Below are positions 17,932-28,250 of a stretch of 32,000 nt of DNA, one piece after another. Positions within the stretch are counted from its first letter, which is position 1. Every line of letters starts with the position of its first letter. A model generated the notes under the pieces. The model was not told the DNA's origin. It searched no databases and saw only the letters and a list, made by a program, of their open reading frames with translations. The stretch is from assembly GCF_052908155.1 (NCBI RefSeq), contig NZ_CM128601.1; one strand, written 5' to 3'. A program made the translations under genes and the position numbers.

Positions 17932-18283
17932 TGATTAGTGAACTGCCTCGCGGCTGTCCTTCTATGCCAGAACTTCGGATAAAGACCAGCCAACGGAACG
18001 ACCGCCGAGTTTACGCCGTGATGGGAATTGTCCGGTCTTCTCCAGGCGATACCGACATGAGCGGCTCAGGCCTGTAAGTTGCTGACATTCTTTTTCACGT
18101 ATAAAGCGATCTGTGCTTAACACAATTCCCCCTTTGTTGTTTCTTAAAGAGTCATTGGGTGGATTATTGGGTTGGGTTGTGTCTGATTGTGTCAGGATGA
18201 TTCAGAGTTGGCAAATGTTGAGGCCGTATGGTTTACAGAAAGAGGAACAATCAGGATAAAATCATTTAAATTCATGTTAATAC

Positions 18284-18316
18284 AAAGGCATAAAATCTCG
18301 TTTTATGCCTTTTTTC
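18284..18316. terminator. Intrinsic terminator, bidirectional shape
   Basis: AAAGGCATAAAA-TCTCG-TTTTATGCCTTT followed by T run. Confidence 0.85.
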
Positions 18317-18402
18317 TTACGCGTTAAAGCGTTATTCGCTAATGTATAAAAAACCAGTCACACAAATAAAATCAGTCACTTATAAACCTGTGTACTTTTT
18401 CG

Positions 18403-18452
18403 CCTCTTGTTCGTGGTTGTTCCACGTTGTTTCACATTGTTCGCCGTTGTAT
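18403..18452 (-). repeat. Phased 10-bp repeat array (minus strand) ATACAACGGC GAACAATGTG AAACAACGTG GAACAACCAC GAACAAGAGG
   Basis: Four to five consecutive 10-mers; related arrays at 9611-9630, 12109-12138, 19792-19821, 19855-19884. Confidence 0.75.
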
Positions 18453-18498
18453 CTGTGTGCTTATCCAGTATGCGCATACTGAAAAAACACGAAAAAAA

Positions 18499-19728
18499 TT
18501 ATTTTCTTCTGGCTGCTGGTAGTGCGGTTACGTTTTCATGTGCTCCCGCCAGTATCCCTAACCGCTCCGTCCACATATCCAGCGCATTGCGTTTCGCATC
18601 CAGATAACGGGAGTGATTATAGACTCGTTGCATCCCTGGCATCTGGTGTCCTGTAAGCAGCTCCACGACATGCGGATCAACGCCTAAATCGTTCAGCATG
18701 GTTGTAAAGGTGCGCCGGATGTCATGCAGTGACCAGTGGGGGTGATTAAGCCTCCTGTGCGCTAATCTTCCATACTGCGATACGCTGGCCTCCTGTTTCA
18801 CTTCCCCCAGCAATAAGCCCGTGTGCCTGTTCTGCTCCACCAGCTGCGTGATGAACGGCAGTATTGCTTCCGGTATAGGCCGGAATATGGCTACCTTCGT
18901 TTTGCTGTGCTCCTTCGGAACGGTCCAGAGCATTTCGGTAAAATCCCACTCGCCGATCTCCGATAACCTAAGTTCGACCGTCCGGCATCCGAACACAATC
19001 AGGAGGCGGATTAGCGCGATGTAGTAGGGGGAAAATATTTTTTTGTCCAGTGCCTGCAATAATTCGCCCAGCTCTTTATTGCTTAAGACACGTTCGCTTA
19101 TATCCGGTTTTTTCCCAACGTCCGCTACGTTCAGATCATCGAGAACGTTACTGATTGCATAGCGCCGCCTCCGGCAGTACTTAAGCGCCTGTTTGCATGT
19201 CTGTAGCACGAATCCGGCAGTAACAGGTGTTCGCTTTGCCACCTGGTCAAAGCAGGCCAGCCAGTGCCGTAGCTCGCATTTATCCAGCGGCATAGCACCA
19301 ATTTTGGTGATTATGTTTTTATTGATCCGGCTTTTCAGTGATTCGTAATCTGTGCGCTTTTCCTTTGCGTACGACTCAAGCCAATAGGTGAGCGCATCGC
19401 CAACCGTTACAGGCTTTAACGCTTCCTGCATGGTGTAATTCAGTTCATAGCGTGGATTTTTCCCCTCAGCCAGCCATGCGCGACACTGGGCGGCTTTTTC
19501 CCTGGCTGCTTTCAGACTCAGATCGGGATAATTTCCCAGCTTAACGCGTTCAGGTTGTGTCCCTCTTCCCATTCCGGCCCTGTATGTGAAATACCAGGTT
19601 AAAAGGCCGCTGGTTGAATGCCTGACGCTCAGGTTTCCACCGTCATTAAGAAAGGCTGTTTTTTGGACGGGTGTGCCGTTGATTTTCCTTAGTTGTGTGT
19701 CACTCAGTTTGTTAAGTGCTCTGCTCAT
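18499..19728 (-). CDS. Tyrosine recombinase / phage integrase (DUF4102 N-terminal type), 409 aa
   Basis: MSRALNKLSDTQLRKINGTPVQKTAFLNDGGNLSVRHSTSGLLTWYFTYR...GCRTVELRLSEIGEWDF...LHDIRRTFTTMLNDLGVDPHVVELLTGHQMPGMQRVYNHSRY; catalytic R..H.xxR..H..Y pattern. Confidence 0.96.
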   Translation of the reverse strand: MSRALNKLSDTQLRKINGTPVQKTAFLNDGGNLSVRHSTSGLLTWYFTYRAGMGRGTQPERVKLGNYPDLSLKAAREKAAQCRAWLAEGKNPRYELNYTMQEALKPVTVGDALTYWLESYAKEKRTDYESLKSRINKNIITKIGAMPLDKCELRHWLACFDQVAKRTPVTAGFVLQTCKQALKYCRRRRYAISNVLDDLNVADVGKKPDISERVLSNKELGELLQALDKKIFSPYYIALIRLLIVFGCRTVELRLSEIGEWDFTEMLWTVPKEHSKTKVAIFRPIPEAILPFITQLVEQNRHTGLLLGEVKQEASVSQYGRLAHRRLNHPHWSLHDIRRTFTTMLNDLGVDPHVVELLTGHQMPGMQRVYNHSRYLDAKRNALDMWTERLGILAGAHENVTALPAARRK

Positions 19729-19749
19729 AATTTTGATTCCGGTCATCAC

Positions 19750-19775
19750 AATTAACTACACCATTAACTACACCG
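19750..19775 (+). repeat. Sub-terminal repeat AATTAACTACACCATTAACTACACCG (right copy)
   Basis: Identical to 9569-9594, directly upstream of int. Confidence 0.85.
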
Positions 19776-19902
19776 ATCGTTGCACAAAGGGCTACAACGT
19801 GAAACAAGCTGAAACAAGGAAAATTAAAAAACTGTTGAGAATCAAAAACATAACGAACAACCTGAAACATTGTGAAACAGTAAAAAACACTATTTGATAA
19901 AA

Positions 19903-19909
19903 GGGATAT
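19903..19909 (+). other. attR core GGGATAT
   Basis: Direct repeat with 9489-9495; allE codon 4 onwards follows directly. Confidence 0.8.
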
Positions 19910-20686
19910 TTAAATAACGTCACCGGTTACCGCGATGATTTACTGGCTAACCGTGCGATTGTGAAACACGGTAATTTCGCACTGTTAACACCAGACGGTC
20001 TGGTAAAAAATATTATTCCGGGCTTTGAAAATTGTGACGCGACAATCCTCTCCACGCCAAAGCTGGGTGCCTCTTTTGTTGATTATCTGGTCACACTGCA
20101 TCAAAACGGTGGCAACCAACAGGGCTTCGGTGGCGAAGGCATTGAAACGTTCCTGTATGTGATCTCTGGAAATATCACTGCCAAAGCCGAAGGCAAAACA
20201 TTTTCCTTAAGCGAAGGTGGCTATCTTTATTGCCCGCCAGGCTCCTTAATGACGTTTGTTAACGCCCAGGCCGAAGACAGCCAAATCTTTTTATATAAGC
20301 GCCGCTATGTTCCGGTAGAAGGCCATGCACCGTGGCTGGTTTCTGGCAATGCCAGCGAACTGGAACGCATTCACTATGAAGGTATGGATGATGTGATCCT
20401 GCTGGATTTTCTGCCCAAAGAGTTAGGTTTTGATATGAACATGCATATCCTCTCTTTTGCACCAGGTGCCAGCCACGGTTATATCGAAACACACGTTCAG
20501 GAACACGGTGCCTATATTCTTTCCGGTCAGGGGGTTTATAACCTCGACAATAACTGGATCCCGGTGAAAAAAGGCGATTACATCTTTATGGGTGCATATT
20601 CCTTACAAGCTGGTTATGGCGTAGGGCGTGGTGAAGCGTTCAGCTATATTTACTCGAAAGATTGTAACCGCGACGTAGAGATTTAA
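19904..20686 (+). pseudogene. allE: (S)-ureidoglycine aminohydrolase lacking its start codon (5' end separated by the element)
   Basis: GYLNNVTGYRDDLLANRAIVKHGNFALLTPDGLVKNIIPGF...NRDVEI*; the codon before GGA is AAG, preceded in frame by TAA; first in-frame GTG is at 19961. Confidence 0.9.
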
Positions 20687-20763
20687 GTCATACCACTCGC
20701 CTGATTATTTTTAGCTATGTTGGATTTTGCCACGGTTTATACCGTGGCTTTTTTTGTAACATT

Positions 20764-20867
20764 GCCTGATGCGCTTCGCTTATCAGGCCTACATGATCTC
20801 TGCAATATATAGAATTTGCGCGATTTTCAGGAAGGATATAGTACTCATGCCGCATCCGGCATGAGCA
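20764..20867. repeat. REP-like sequences between convergent allE and glxK
   Basis: gcctgatgcgcttcgcttatcaggc and catgccgcatccggcatg. Confidence 0.7.
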
Positions 20868-20913
20868 CTGCGCTCTTATACGAAATAAATAGCATCCGCT
20901 TTAAAGGCAAGAG

Positions 20914-22059
20914 TCAGTTTTTAATTCCCTGACCTATTTTAATGGCGCAGGCAATATTTCGCGCGCTGTTGAAGAGATTGATTTCACCGCTGGCGAGCAC
21001 TTCGGCTAAAGGTGCCAGACGTGGCAAAATGCTGAATACCGCATCAATGCCGTACTGGTGCACCACTTCCACGCCATCACCCAATACGCCAGCAATCCCA
21101 ATCACCGGTACATTAAACTGCTTCGCCACCGACGCCACACCCAGCGGCGCTTTACCGCCTGCCGTTTGCGAGTCGATGCGCCCTTCCCCGGTGATCACCA
21201 GTGCTGCGCCCTGCACTGCCTGCGCAAGATTGACCGCATTCAACACAATTTCAATGCCCGGTTTAATATCCGCATTGAGGAATACCGCCGCCGCAATACC
21301 CATACCGCCCGCAGCGCCGCCGCCCGCCATCTGGCAGACATTAATTTCAGTTTGCTGTTGTAAAACACGGGCGTAATTTTGCAGCCCCTGTTCAAGTTCT
21401 TCGACCATCTCCGGCGTTGCCCCTTTTTGCGGGCCAAACACCGCCGCCGCGCCGCGTGCCCCTACCAGCGGGTTATCAACGTCACATGCTACTTCAATAT
21501 GGCAGTTCGCCAGACGCGGATCGCATTCATCCATTTCAATGCTTGCCACGCGCGCTAAATTGCCGCCGTTAGCCGCCAGCACCTGGCCGTCGGCATCAAG
21601 GAAACGCACACCAAGCGCCTGCGCCATGCCCATACCGCCGTCGACCGTCGCACTGCCGCCAATGCCGAGAATAATATGGCGAATGCCGTTATCCAGCGCA
21701 TGACGAATTAACTCCCCCGTACCAAAACTGGAGGCCAGCAACGGATTACGCTTTTCAGGCGCGACCAGCATCAGGCCACTTGCTGCCGCCATCTCAATCA
21801 CCGCTGTTTTCCCGTCGCCGGTAAGGCCATAAAAAGCATTCACTTTTTCGCCCATCGGCCCGCAGACTTCAAGCGTCACGATGTTACCACCCGTCGCGGC
21901 GACCATCGCATCCACCGTCCCTTCGCCGCCATCCGCTATCGGCAAACAGATATAGTTCGCATCGGGAAAGAGGGTCGAAAACCCGGCTTTAATTGCCTGA
22001 CAACATTTTTCTGCACTTAAGCTCTCTTTAAAAGAGTCTGGCGCAATGACAATCTTCAT
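20914..22059 (-). CDS. glxK: Glycerate 2-kinase, 381 aa
   Basis: [52 protein letters not shown]... Confidence 0.97.
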   Translation of the reverse strand: MKIVIAPDSFKESLSAEKCCQAIKAGFSTLFPDANYICLPIADGGEGTVDAMVAATGGNIVTLEVCGPMGEKVNAFYGLTGDGKTAVIEMAAASGLMLVAPEKRNPLLASSFGTGELIRHALDNGIRHIILGIGGSATVDGGMGMAQALGVRFLDADGQVLAANGGNLARVASIEMDECDPRLANCHIEVACDVDNPLVGARGAAAVFGPQKGATPEMVEELEQGLQNYARVLQQQTEINVCQMAGGGAAGGMGIAAAVFLNADIKPGIEIVLNAVNLAQAVQGAALVITGEGRIDSQTAGGKAPLGVASVAKQFNVPVIGIAGVLGDGVEVVHQYGIDAVFSILPRLAPLAEVLASGEINLFNSARNIACAIKIGQGIKN

Positions 22060-22080
22060 TATCAATCCTTTTTCAACAAA

Positions 22081-23382
22081 TTATTCGATGCGTTCCCACG
22101 GAATAAGGTTATCCATAAGAACAGCCAGTAAGATCCCGACCAATAAGCCGTTACTGAGCAGAGGACGCAGCGTTAATGGAAGGTCTTGCAGATACACAGG
22201 CGGTAATGCCATTAAAAATATGCCGACAAATAACGGCAATGCGAGTCGATAAATATTGCGAGCGGTAAACGTTATTTGCTGGCTAAACACCAGCGCGGAA
22301 AAGAGTAAAGGCAGATAAGAAACCAGCATAACCGCGCTACTCACGGGTAAAGGGATACTGCAAAACAGTCGTGTGAGTGCCGGAACCAGTGCCACCAGCA
22401 GGCAAATAACGCTGCCATAAATAAACGAACGCCGCGTGTAATCGCCAGTCTGGGTTAATAAACCAATGGATGAAACAAACGGTGAAAATGGAATTACCGC
22501 CAGCGGTACGGTTATCAGCGTCATAAATCCGGTCGCCACAAAGCTACGACGATAACGCGTATTCCCCGCGCCCTGCTGCGGATAAAAAACATCCGTGCCC
22601 CGAATCGCACCGTAGGTATTGCTGATATTTACCAGACCTGTAATCACCGCCGTCAGAATAATCCCCGGCGACAAAGCACCGCCACTGCCGAGCGGGAACC
22701 ACTGCCAGTGCAACTCACCGGAGAGCGAATGCGAAGAAGGAAAGCAAAAGTACCACAACAACCAGCCGGTTATGGTACCGACCAGCAGGCCATAACGGGC
22801 AAAACGTTGCGGCAGAAAGATAATCATCGCCAGTACCAGGCACATCACCGCCACCGAAAGCGCGAACGGCGGTAACTGAATTTTAAAATTCGGGTCGGCT
22901 ATGCCAAACGGCAGCCCGAGCATACCTTTGAAAAAGATAGTGGTGAGCTGCGCGCCCAGCATCAACATAAACAAGACCATCACCGACGGCGTAAATAACC
23001 GTGCCAGACGATGACCTAATCCGCTAAAACCAATCAACATCGTCAACACGCCAGAGAGCGCAATTCCCACCGCCAGGCTGGTAGCGATATCGTTGATCGG
23101 TGTCCCGCGCGATGCTTCGCCAAGGGTGATAGTAAGGATGGTTCCCCACCACAGGCCACCCGGCCCTTCCATAATAGCGCGACGATGACCGCAGAACGCC
23201 TGAGCGAAGCAGGCCAGTGCGGTAGCAAGAAAAGCATATTGCGTGAGCGTAAGCAGGCTACTTTGCGGCAACTGAAAAGCAGAAAGTAGCGTAGGAGGAA
23301 CCACAACCGTGTTGCAAAAAATAAAGAAAAACCACTGAAATCCTGATAACAGGCTTTCGCGGCTGACTGCAAAATTGAACAT
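22081..23382 (-). CDS. ybbY: Putative purine/uracil-type permease YbbY
   Basis: MFNFAVSRESLLSGFQWFFFIFCNTVVVPPTLLSAFQ...; NCS2-type, synteny. Confidence 0.93.
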   Translation of the reverse strand: MFNFAVSRESLLSGFQWFFFIFCNTVVVPPTLLSAFQLPQSSLLTLTQYAFLATALACFAQAFCGHRRAIMEGPGGLWWGTILTITLGEASRGTPINDIATSLAVGIALSGVLTMLIGFSGLGHRLARLFTPSVMVLFMLMLGAQLTTIFFKGMLGLPFGIADPNFKIQLPPFALSVAVMCLVLAMIIFLPQRFARYGLLVGTITGWLLWYFCFPSSHSLSGELHWQWFPLGSGGALSPGIILTAVITGLVNISNTYGAIRGTDVFYPQQGAGNTRYRRSFVATGFMTLITVPLAVIPFSPFVSSIGLLTQTGDYTRRSFIYGSVICLLVALVPALTRLFCSIPLPVSSAVMLVSYLPLLFSALVFSQQITFTARNIYRLALPLFVGIFLMALPPVYLQDLPLTLRPLLSNGLLVGILLAVLMDNLIPWERIE

Positions 23383-23438
23383 AAACACACCTTAACCGGA
23401 GAATGCCCGCCGCAAGGACGGGCATTGCAGGGGCCAGA

Positions 23439-24800
23439 TTACTGCTGATGTTTAAGGATAAATTGACCTTTCGGCGCAACAGGGAAGCCCTGTTCGATGT
23501 CGTAAATCACATCACCACGTAAGATGGTTTTCGTGATACGCGCGCCAATGGTACGGCCAACATACGGGCTGACTTTGTGGCGATATTCCAGATCGTCATT
23601 GGTAAGAACATAGCTGCTATTCGGCTGAATGAAGACGAAGTCGGCATCTTTTCCTGGGGCGATACGGCCTTTTTGCTGCAGACCGAAAATATCTGCTGCG
23701 TTAGTCGCCATTAATTTGCCGAACATCGGCAGAGACATACCGCGTTTCTGTACCGCTTCATCGAACATCACGTCCATACAGTTTTGCAGACCGGCAATAC
23801 CGCCCCATGCTTCCATGATGTTGCCGGCTTTCATTTCCGGAGGGCATGGTGAGTGGTCGGAAACCAGGCAGTCGATTTCACCGTTAAACAGTTTTTCCCA
23901 CATGCCTTTCTGGTTTTCCAGATCGCGGATCGGCGGTGAACACTTCGCCAGAGTACCGATTTCTTCGAACTGATCGGTATCCAGTACAAAGTAATGCGGG
24001 CAGGATTCACAAGTAACGTCCTGACCTTCCTGACGTGCACGAGTCACTTCTTCAACGCCTTCCGGGCTGCTGATATGGCAAACGTGCAGACGGCAACCGG
24101 CAACTTTCGCCAGATACAGCACGCGGCGAATCGCTTCCACTTCGGTAAATACCGGACGCGAAGCCACATAGTCATGGGCAGTTACGCGACCTTCACGTTT
24201 CGCTTCTTCGCCCAGTGCGTCACAGATCAGCGCGTTTTCGCAGTGCACCAGCACCGGCTGCCCCAGTTCGCCCAGCTTCTGCGCACCTTTGAAGAACTGC
24301 CAGTCGTTTACATCACGGAAGTCGTTGTCGATACCGCGATCGCCACAGGTCGCAACGAAGCATTTGAAGCCGACAACGCCCACTTCATCCAGCTCATGCA
24401 GACGGTCGATGTTGTAAGACACCAGGCCACCGAGTTGTGCCGCATCGATAGTCAGCTTGCCTTTAGCGGCATCGAACTTCAGTTCAATTGAAGCGCGGTC
24501 AACCGTTGCAGGCAGCTGGTTGAGCGGCATTTCGATCATGGTGGTGATACCACCTTTTGCCGCTGCGCGAGTACCGGTTTCATAACCTTCCCAGTGGCTA
24601 CGACCCGGTTCAGAAATATGGGTGTGCGCATCAACCATGCCCGGCGAAACCACCAGACCAGACGCATCCATCACTTCTTTTGCATCACCCAGATCCTGAC
24701 CGATAGCAGCAATTTTTCCGCCTTTAACGGCGATATCTACAACGCGAGCTTCGTTTTCTAAAATAACAGTGCCGTTTTTAATGATTAAATCAAAAGACAT
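23439..24800 (-). CDS. allB: Allantoinase, 453 aa
   Basis: [34 protein letters not shown]...[12 protein letters not shown]... Confidence 0.98.
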   Translation of the reverse strand: MSFDLIIKNGTVILENEARVVDIAVKGGKIAAIGQDLGDAKEVMDASGLVVSPGMVDAHTHISEPGRSHWEGYETGTRAAAKGGITTMIEMPLNQLPATVDRASIELKFDAAKGKLTIDAAQLGGLVSYNIDRLHELDEVGVVGFKCFVATCGDRGIDNDFRDVNDWQFFKGAQKLGELGQPVLVHCENALICDALGEEAKREGRVTAHDYVASRPVFTEVEAIRRVLYLAKVAGCRLHVCHISSPEGVEEVTRARQEGQDVTCESCPHYFVLDTDQFEEIGTLAKCSPPIRDLENQKGMWEKLFNGEIDCLVSDHSPCPPEMKAGNIMEAWGGIAGLQNCMDVMFDEAVQKRGMSLPMFGKLMATNAADIFGLQQKGRIAPGKDADFVFIQPNSSYVLTNDDLEYRHKVSPYVGRTIGARITKTILRGDVIYDIEQGFPVAPKGQFILKHQQ

Positions 24801-24859
24801 AACAAACTCCTTGTAAAATACAGATTGGTTTTTAACTCAATGTTCAATATCGGGATTAA

Positions 24860-26314
24860 TTAACCTGTGACTTTTTGTTCTCCTGTTTTTTCTGCTGCTG
24901 TACGTTTTTTTAATAACGCGTAGGCAGCGAATGCGACAATAACGCCGACAAACCATGAAACGCGTGATAAAGGCTCCATGAACGGAATAAATTTACCACC
25001 GAGAGATAAAATAACGGCCACCAGAGTTACTGAAAACGCGGTGAGGTTAAAGCCGTTATCGTAATATTTGAAATCACCTGCTGCGGTATACAGTTCGTCA
25101 AGATTAATTTGTCCACGCATCACCACAAAATAATGCGCCATCATGACACCAATTACCGGACCCAGCATCCCACCGATGATATCGAGGAACAGATAAATAC
25201 TGTCCTGATTTTCCATTAATTTCCACGGGCAGATCAGCAAACTGATAATACTGGCAATCAGTACGCCGTTTTTATAGGTCAGTTTTGTCGGTGCAATGGC
25301 GGCAATCTGATAACCAGCCGGAATAATATTACCGGTGGCGTTAGTGGAAATGGTCGTCATCAGAATAACCAGTACCGCAAAGAACGAGGCAAACAGGCTG
25401 TCCCAACGCTGAACAATATCCAGCACGTTCCAGGTATCAGCGCCGTAGTGAATACTGGCTCCGGCAATAATACATACCCCGGCGACCGCAAACAGAATAT
25501 AAGCTACGACCAAACCCAGCGTTTGCCCAAGTGCCTGCTCACGAAACGAGTGAGCATTTTGCGTAAAGTCGGATGCGCTAACCGCCGGTGCTGCCCAGAC
25601 CGCAACCACTGCGTTAATCACCACCAGGAACAGGAAGCCACCGTTTTCTGCTTTCTGAATACCGCTCGGGATGTAGTCAAAGATTGGACCGATCCCGACC
25701 AGCGAAATCGCCCAAATCGCCATACCGCCGAAAACGATATAGATGCACGGGTTAAGAATGGCAGTGAATTTATTTAAAACTTTGCCGCCGCCAAAACCAA
25801 TACCAACGTTAACCAGCCAGAAGAGTAAGAAAGTAATTAAGCCCGGTAGAGAAAGCCCTAACAGGGTAAAATCACCACCGAGAGTTAAAAATCCCGGCCA
25901 GATTTTGCCAATCAGAATCAAGCAGGCCAGTGACCCCGCGTAACATTGCAGGCCAAACCACATAATGGCAGCAATACCGCCTCTTAATAATCCGGGAAAC
26001 AGTGCGCCACGTACGCCGTAAGAAGCACGCAGGATCATGGCAAACGGTACGCCGTATTTACTGCCCGCAGCGCCGTTTAATACCATTACCGCGGCAATGA
26101 AAAAGGCGCTGAGGATAATTGCCAGCATAATACTAAAGGTAGACAAGCCGAGAATAAAAAAGCCGCCGACCATCACATAATTGGGAACGTTATGAACCGA
26201 ACCCATCCATAAGGTAAAATAGTTAAATGTTTTCCAGGTCCGCTGGCTTTGCGTTTTCGGCAATAGATCTTCGCTATAGCCGCGTTGCTGGAATAGTTTT
26301 CTCTGATGTTCCAT
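24860..26314 (-). CDS. ybbW: Allantoin permease (YbbW/AllP), 484 aa
   Basis: MEHQRKLFQQRGYSEDLLPKTQSQRTWKTFNYFTLWMGSVHNVPNYVMVGGFF...; NCS1 family. Confidence 0.96.
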   Translation of the reverse strand: MEHQRKLFQQRGYSEDLLPKTQSQRTWKTFNYFTLWMGSVHNVPNYVMVGGFFILGLSTFSIMLAIILSAFFIAAVMVLNGAAGSKYGVPFAMILRASYGVRGALFPGLLRGGIAAIMWFGLQCYAGSLACLILIGKIWPGFLTLGGDFTLLGLSLPGLITFLLFWLVNVGIGFGGGKVLNKFTAILNPCIYIVFGGMAIWAISLVGIGPIFDYIPSGIQKAENGGFLFLVVINAVVAVWAAPAVSASDFTQNAHSFREQALGQTLGLVVAYILFAVAGVCIIAGASIHYGADTWNVLDIVQRWDSLFASFFAVLVILMTTISTNATGNIIPAGYQIAAIAPTKLTYKNGVLIASIISLLICPWKLMENQDSIYLFLDIIGGMLGPVIGVMMAHYFVVMRGQINLDELYTAAGDFKYYDNGFNLTAFSVTLVAVILSLGGKFIPFMEPLSRVSWFVGVIVAFAAYALLKKRTAAEKTGEQKVTG

Positions 26315-26483
26315 AAATCCCTCTTAATTTCACGTATCGAATAACGTTGTTTTAATCTAGCTATGAGGAACAAATAAAATAAAAATATTATTTTTAATAC
26401 TGAAGCAACATCTTTGGCTGCTTTCTTTTTTTAATATTGCTGGCCGATTCATTTTCTGATATCGGCCATTTTTATTGCGGGTA

Positions 26484-27362
26484 TCAGGCCAGTTTATGGT
26501 TAGCCATTAATTCCAGCGCCTGCACTAACGCAGAGTGATCCAACTGGCTGCCACCGTTTGCCGCACAGGTATTAAATAACTCCTGGCAGGTCGCAGTGTT
26601 TGGCAGGTTCAGCGCCAGTGCTTTCGCACTTTGCAGTGCCAGGTTGAGATCTTTCTGGTGCAGCGCAATTTTGAAACCTGGATTAAAGGTGCGTTTAATC
26701 ATACGCTCGCCATGAACTTCCAGAATACGTGAGGAAGCAAAGCCGCCCATCAGCGCCTGGCGCACACGTACCGGGTCCGCACCGGCTTTTGAAGCAAATA
26801 GCAGGGCTTCAGAAACCGCTTCAATATTGAGCGCCACAATAATCTGATTTGCCACTTTGCAGGTTTGACCGTCGCCGTTACCGCCGACGAGGGTGATATT
26901 TTTACCGAGCAGTTCAAACAGCGGTTTAACACGTTCAAATACCGCTTCATCACCGCCAACCATAATCGACAACGTCCCTTCACGCGCACCGATTTCACCG
27001 CCGGAGACTGGCGCATCGAGATAATCGCCGCCCAGTTCATTCACCTGACGAGCGAAACGCTTAGTTTCAATCGGGGAAATGGAGCTCATATCAACAATGG
27101 TTTTGCCCTTCAGCGAGGCTTTGGTACAACCATTTTCACCAAACAGAACTTCTTCAACCTGTGGTGTGTCCGGCACCATAATAAAAATGATGTCCGCTGC
27201 TTCCGTTACCTGGCGCGCAGTTTCAACACTGACGGCACCCAGTGACAGTAATTCATCAGCAACCGGACCAATGGTTGTGACATGCAGTTGATGACCGGCT
27301 CGCGCCAGATTAATGGCCATCGGTGTACCCATAATGCCTAAGCCAATAAATCCCAGTTTCAT
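26484..27362 (-). CDS. glxR: Tartronate semialdehyde reductase, 292 aa
   Basis: MKLGFIGLGIMGTPMAINLARAGHQLHVTTIGPVADELLS... Confidence 0.97.
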   Translation of the reverse strand: MKLGFIGLGIMGTPMAINLARAGHQLHVTTIGPVADELLSLGAVSVETARQVTEAADIIFIMVPDTPQVEEVLFGENGCTKASLKGKTIVDMSSISPIETKRFARQVNELGGDYLDAPVSGGEIGAREGTLSIMVGGDEAVFERVKPLFELLGKNITLVGGNGDGQTCKVANQIIVALNIEAVSEALLFASKAGADPVRVRQALMGGFASSRILEVHGERMIKRTFNPGFKIALHQKDLNLALQSAKALALNLPNTATCQELFNTCAANGGSQLDHSALVQALELMANHKLA

Positions 27363-27461
27363 AATTAACCTCTTTTAAATTTCGCTTTTCCTGAATTCAG
27401 ACAACACGATCCCCTGCCAACTTAGCGGCCTAAAAAAGCATTGTCTGAATAGCGTTACGTT

Positions 27462-28238
27462 TTAACGGTACGGATCCATCCAGCGTAAACCGGCTTCCGT
27501 GGTGGTTTGGGGTTTATATTCACACCCAACCCAACCGTTGTAGTCAGAATTTTCGATTACCGTAAAGAGATAATCATAATTAATTTCTCCGGTTCCCGGT
27601 TCGCCGCGATGCGGATTATCAGCAATTTGCAGGTGACCAATTTTATCGGCCCACTGAGTCATGGTATTAGTTAATTCACCTTCCATCCGCTGCATGTGAT
27701 AAATGTCATACTGAATTTTCAAATTGCAGCAACCAACATCGTCAATCAGTTTCAGTGCCTGGCGAGTTCCGGTGAGATGGAAACCAGGAATATCAAAATG
27801 GTTGATAGGTTCAATCAGTAATAAAATATCTTCTTTCATCAGCATATTCGCGGCATAACGCAGGTTTTCTACAAGCGTTGTGTGAATCTGTTCACTGCTG
27901 AAACCAGCCGGCGTTTTACCGACCAGACAGTTAATTTTTTTATTACCCAGCGCACGAGCATAACGAATCGCTGCTGCTACGCCATCCCGAAACTCTTCTT
28001 CACGACCAGGAATACAAGCAATACCCCGCTCGCCCGCCGCCCAGTCACCTGCCGGTAAATTGTGCAACGTATGTTCGAGTTTATTACTCGCCAGCACCTG
28101 TTTTAATTCTTCAATGTCATAGTCATAAGGGAACATAAATTCAACGCCGCGAAAACCACACTGCGCAGCTTTCTCAAAACGGGCGAGAAAATCATATTCA
28201 CCAAATAACATCGATAAATTAGCAGAGAAACGTAACAT
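27462..28238 (-). CDS. hyi: Hydroxypyruvate isomerase, 258 aa
   Basis: MLRFSANLSMLFGEYDFLARFEKAAQCGFRGVEFMFPYDYD... Confidence 0.97.
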   Translation of the reverse strand: MLRFSANLSMLFGEYDFLARFEKAAQCGFRGVEFMFPYDYDIEELKQVLASNKLEHTLHNLPAGDWAAGERGIACIPGREEEFRDGVAAAIRYARALGNKKINCLVGKTPAGFSSEQIHTTLVENLRYAANMLMKEDILLLIEPINHFDIPGFHLTGTRQALKLIDDVGCCNLKIQYDIYHMQRMEGELTNTMTQWADKIGHLQIADNPHRGEPGTGEINYDYLFTVIENSDYNGWVGCEYKPQTTTEAGLRWMDPYR

Positions 28239-28250
28239 TATTTATCTCCC

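Larger units (their letters stand above)
9489..19902. mobile_element. ~10.4 kb integrated phage satellite / cryptic prophage-like element, cf-PICI-like by gene content
   Basis: GGGATAT at 9489-9495 and 19903-19909 bounding phage genes; tyrosine integrase at the right end; allE is broken exactly at the junction; shared 26-bp sub-terminal repeat. Confidence 0.93.

Noticed and set aside
9489-19902. Intact prophage, retron, restriction-modification, toxin-antitoxin or CRISPR system inside the element
   Set aside because: No reverse transcriptase, methyltransferase, endonuclease, recognised toxin-antitoxin pair, CRISPR array, tail or lysis genes could be read; apart from terL remnants there is no known defence module.
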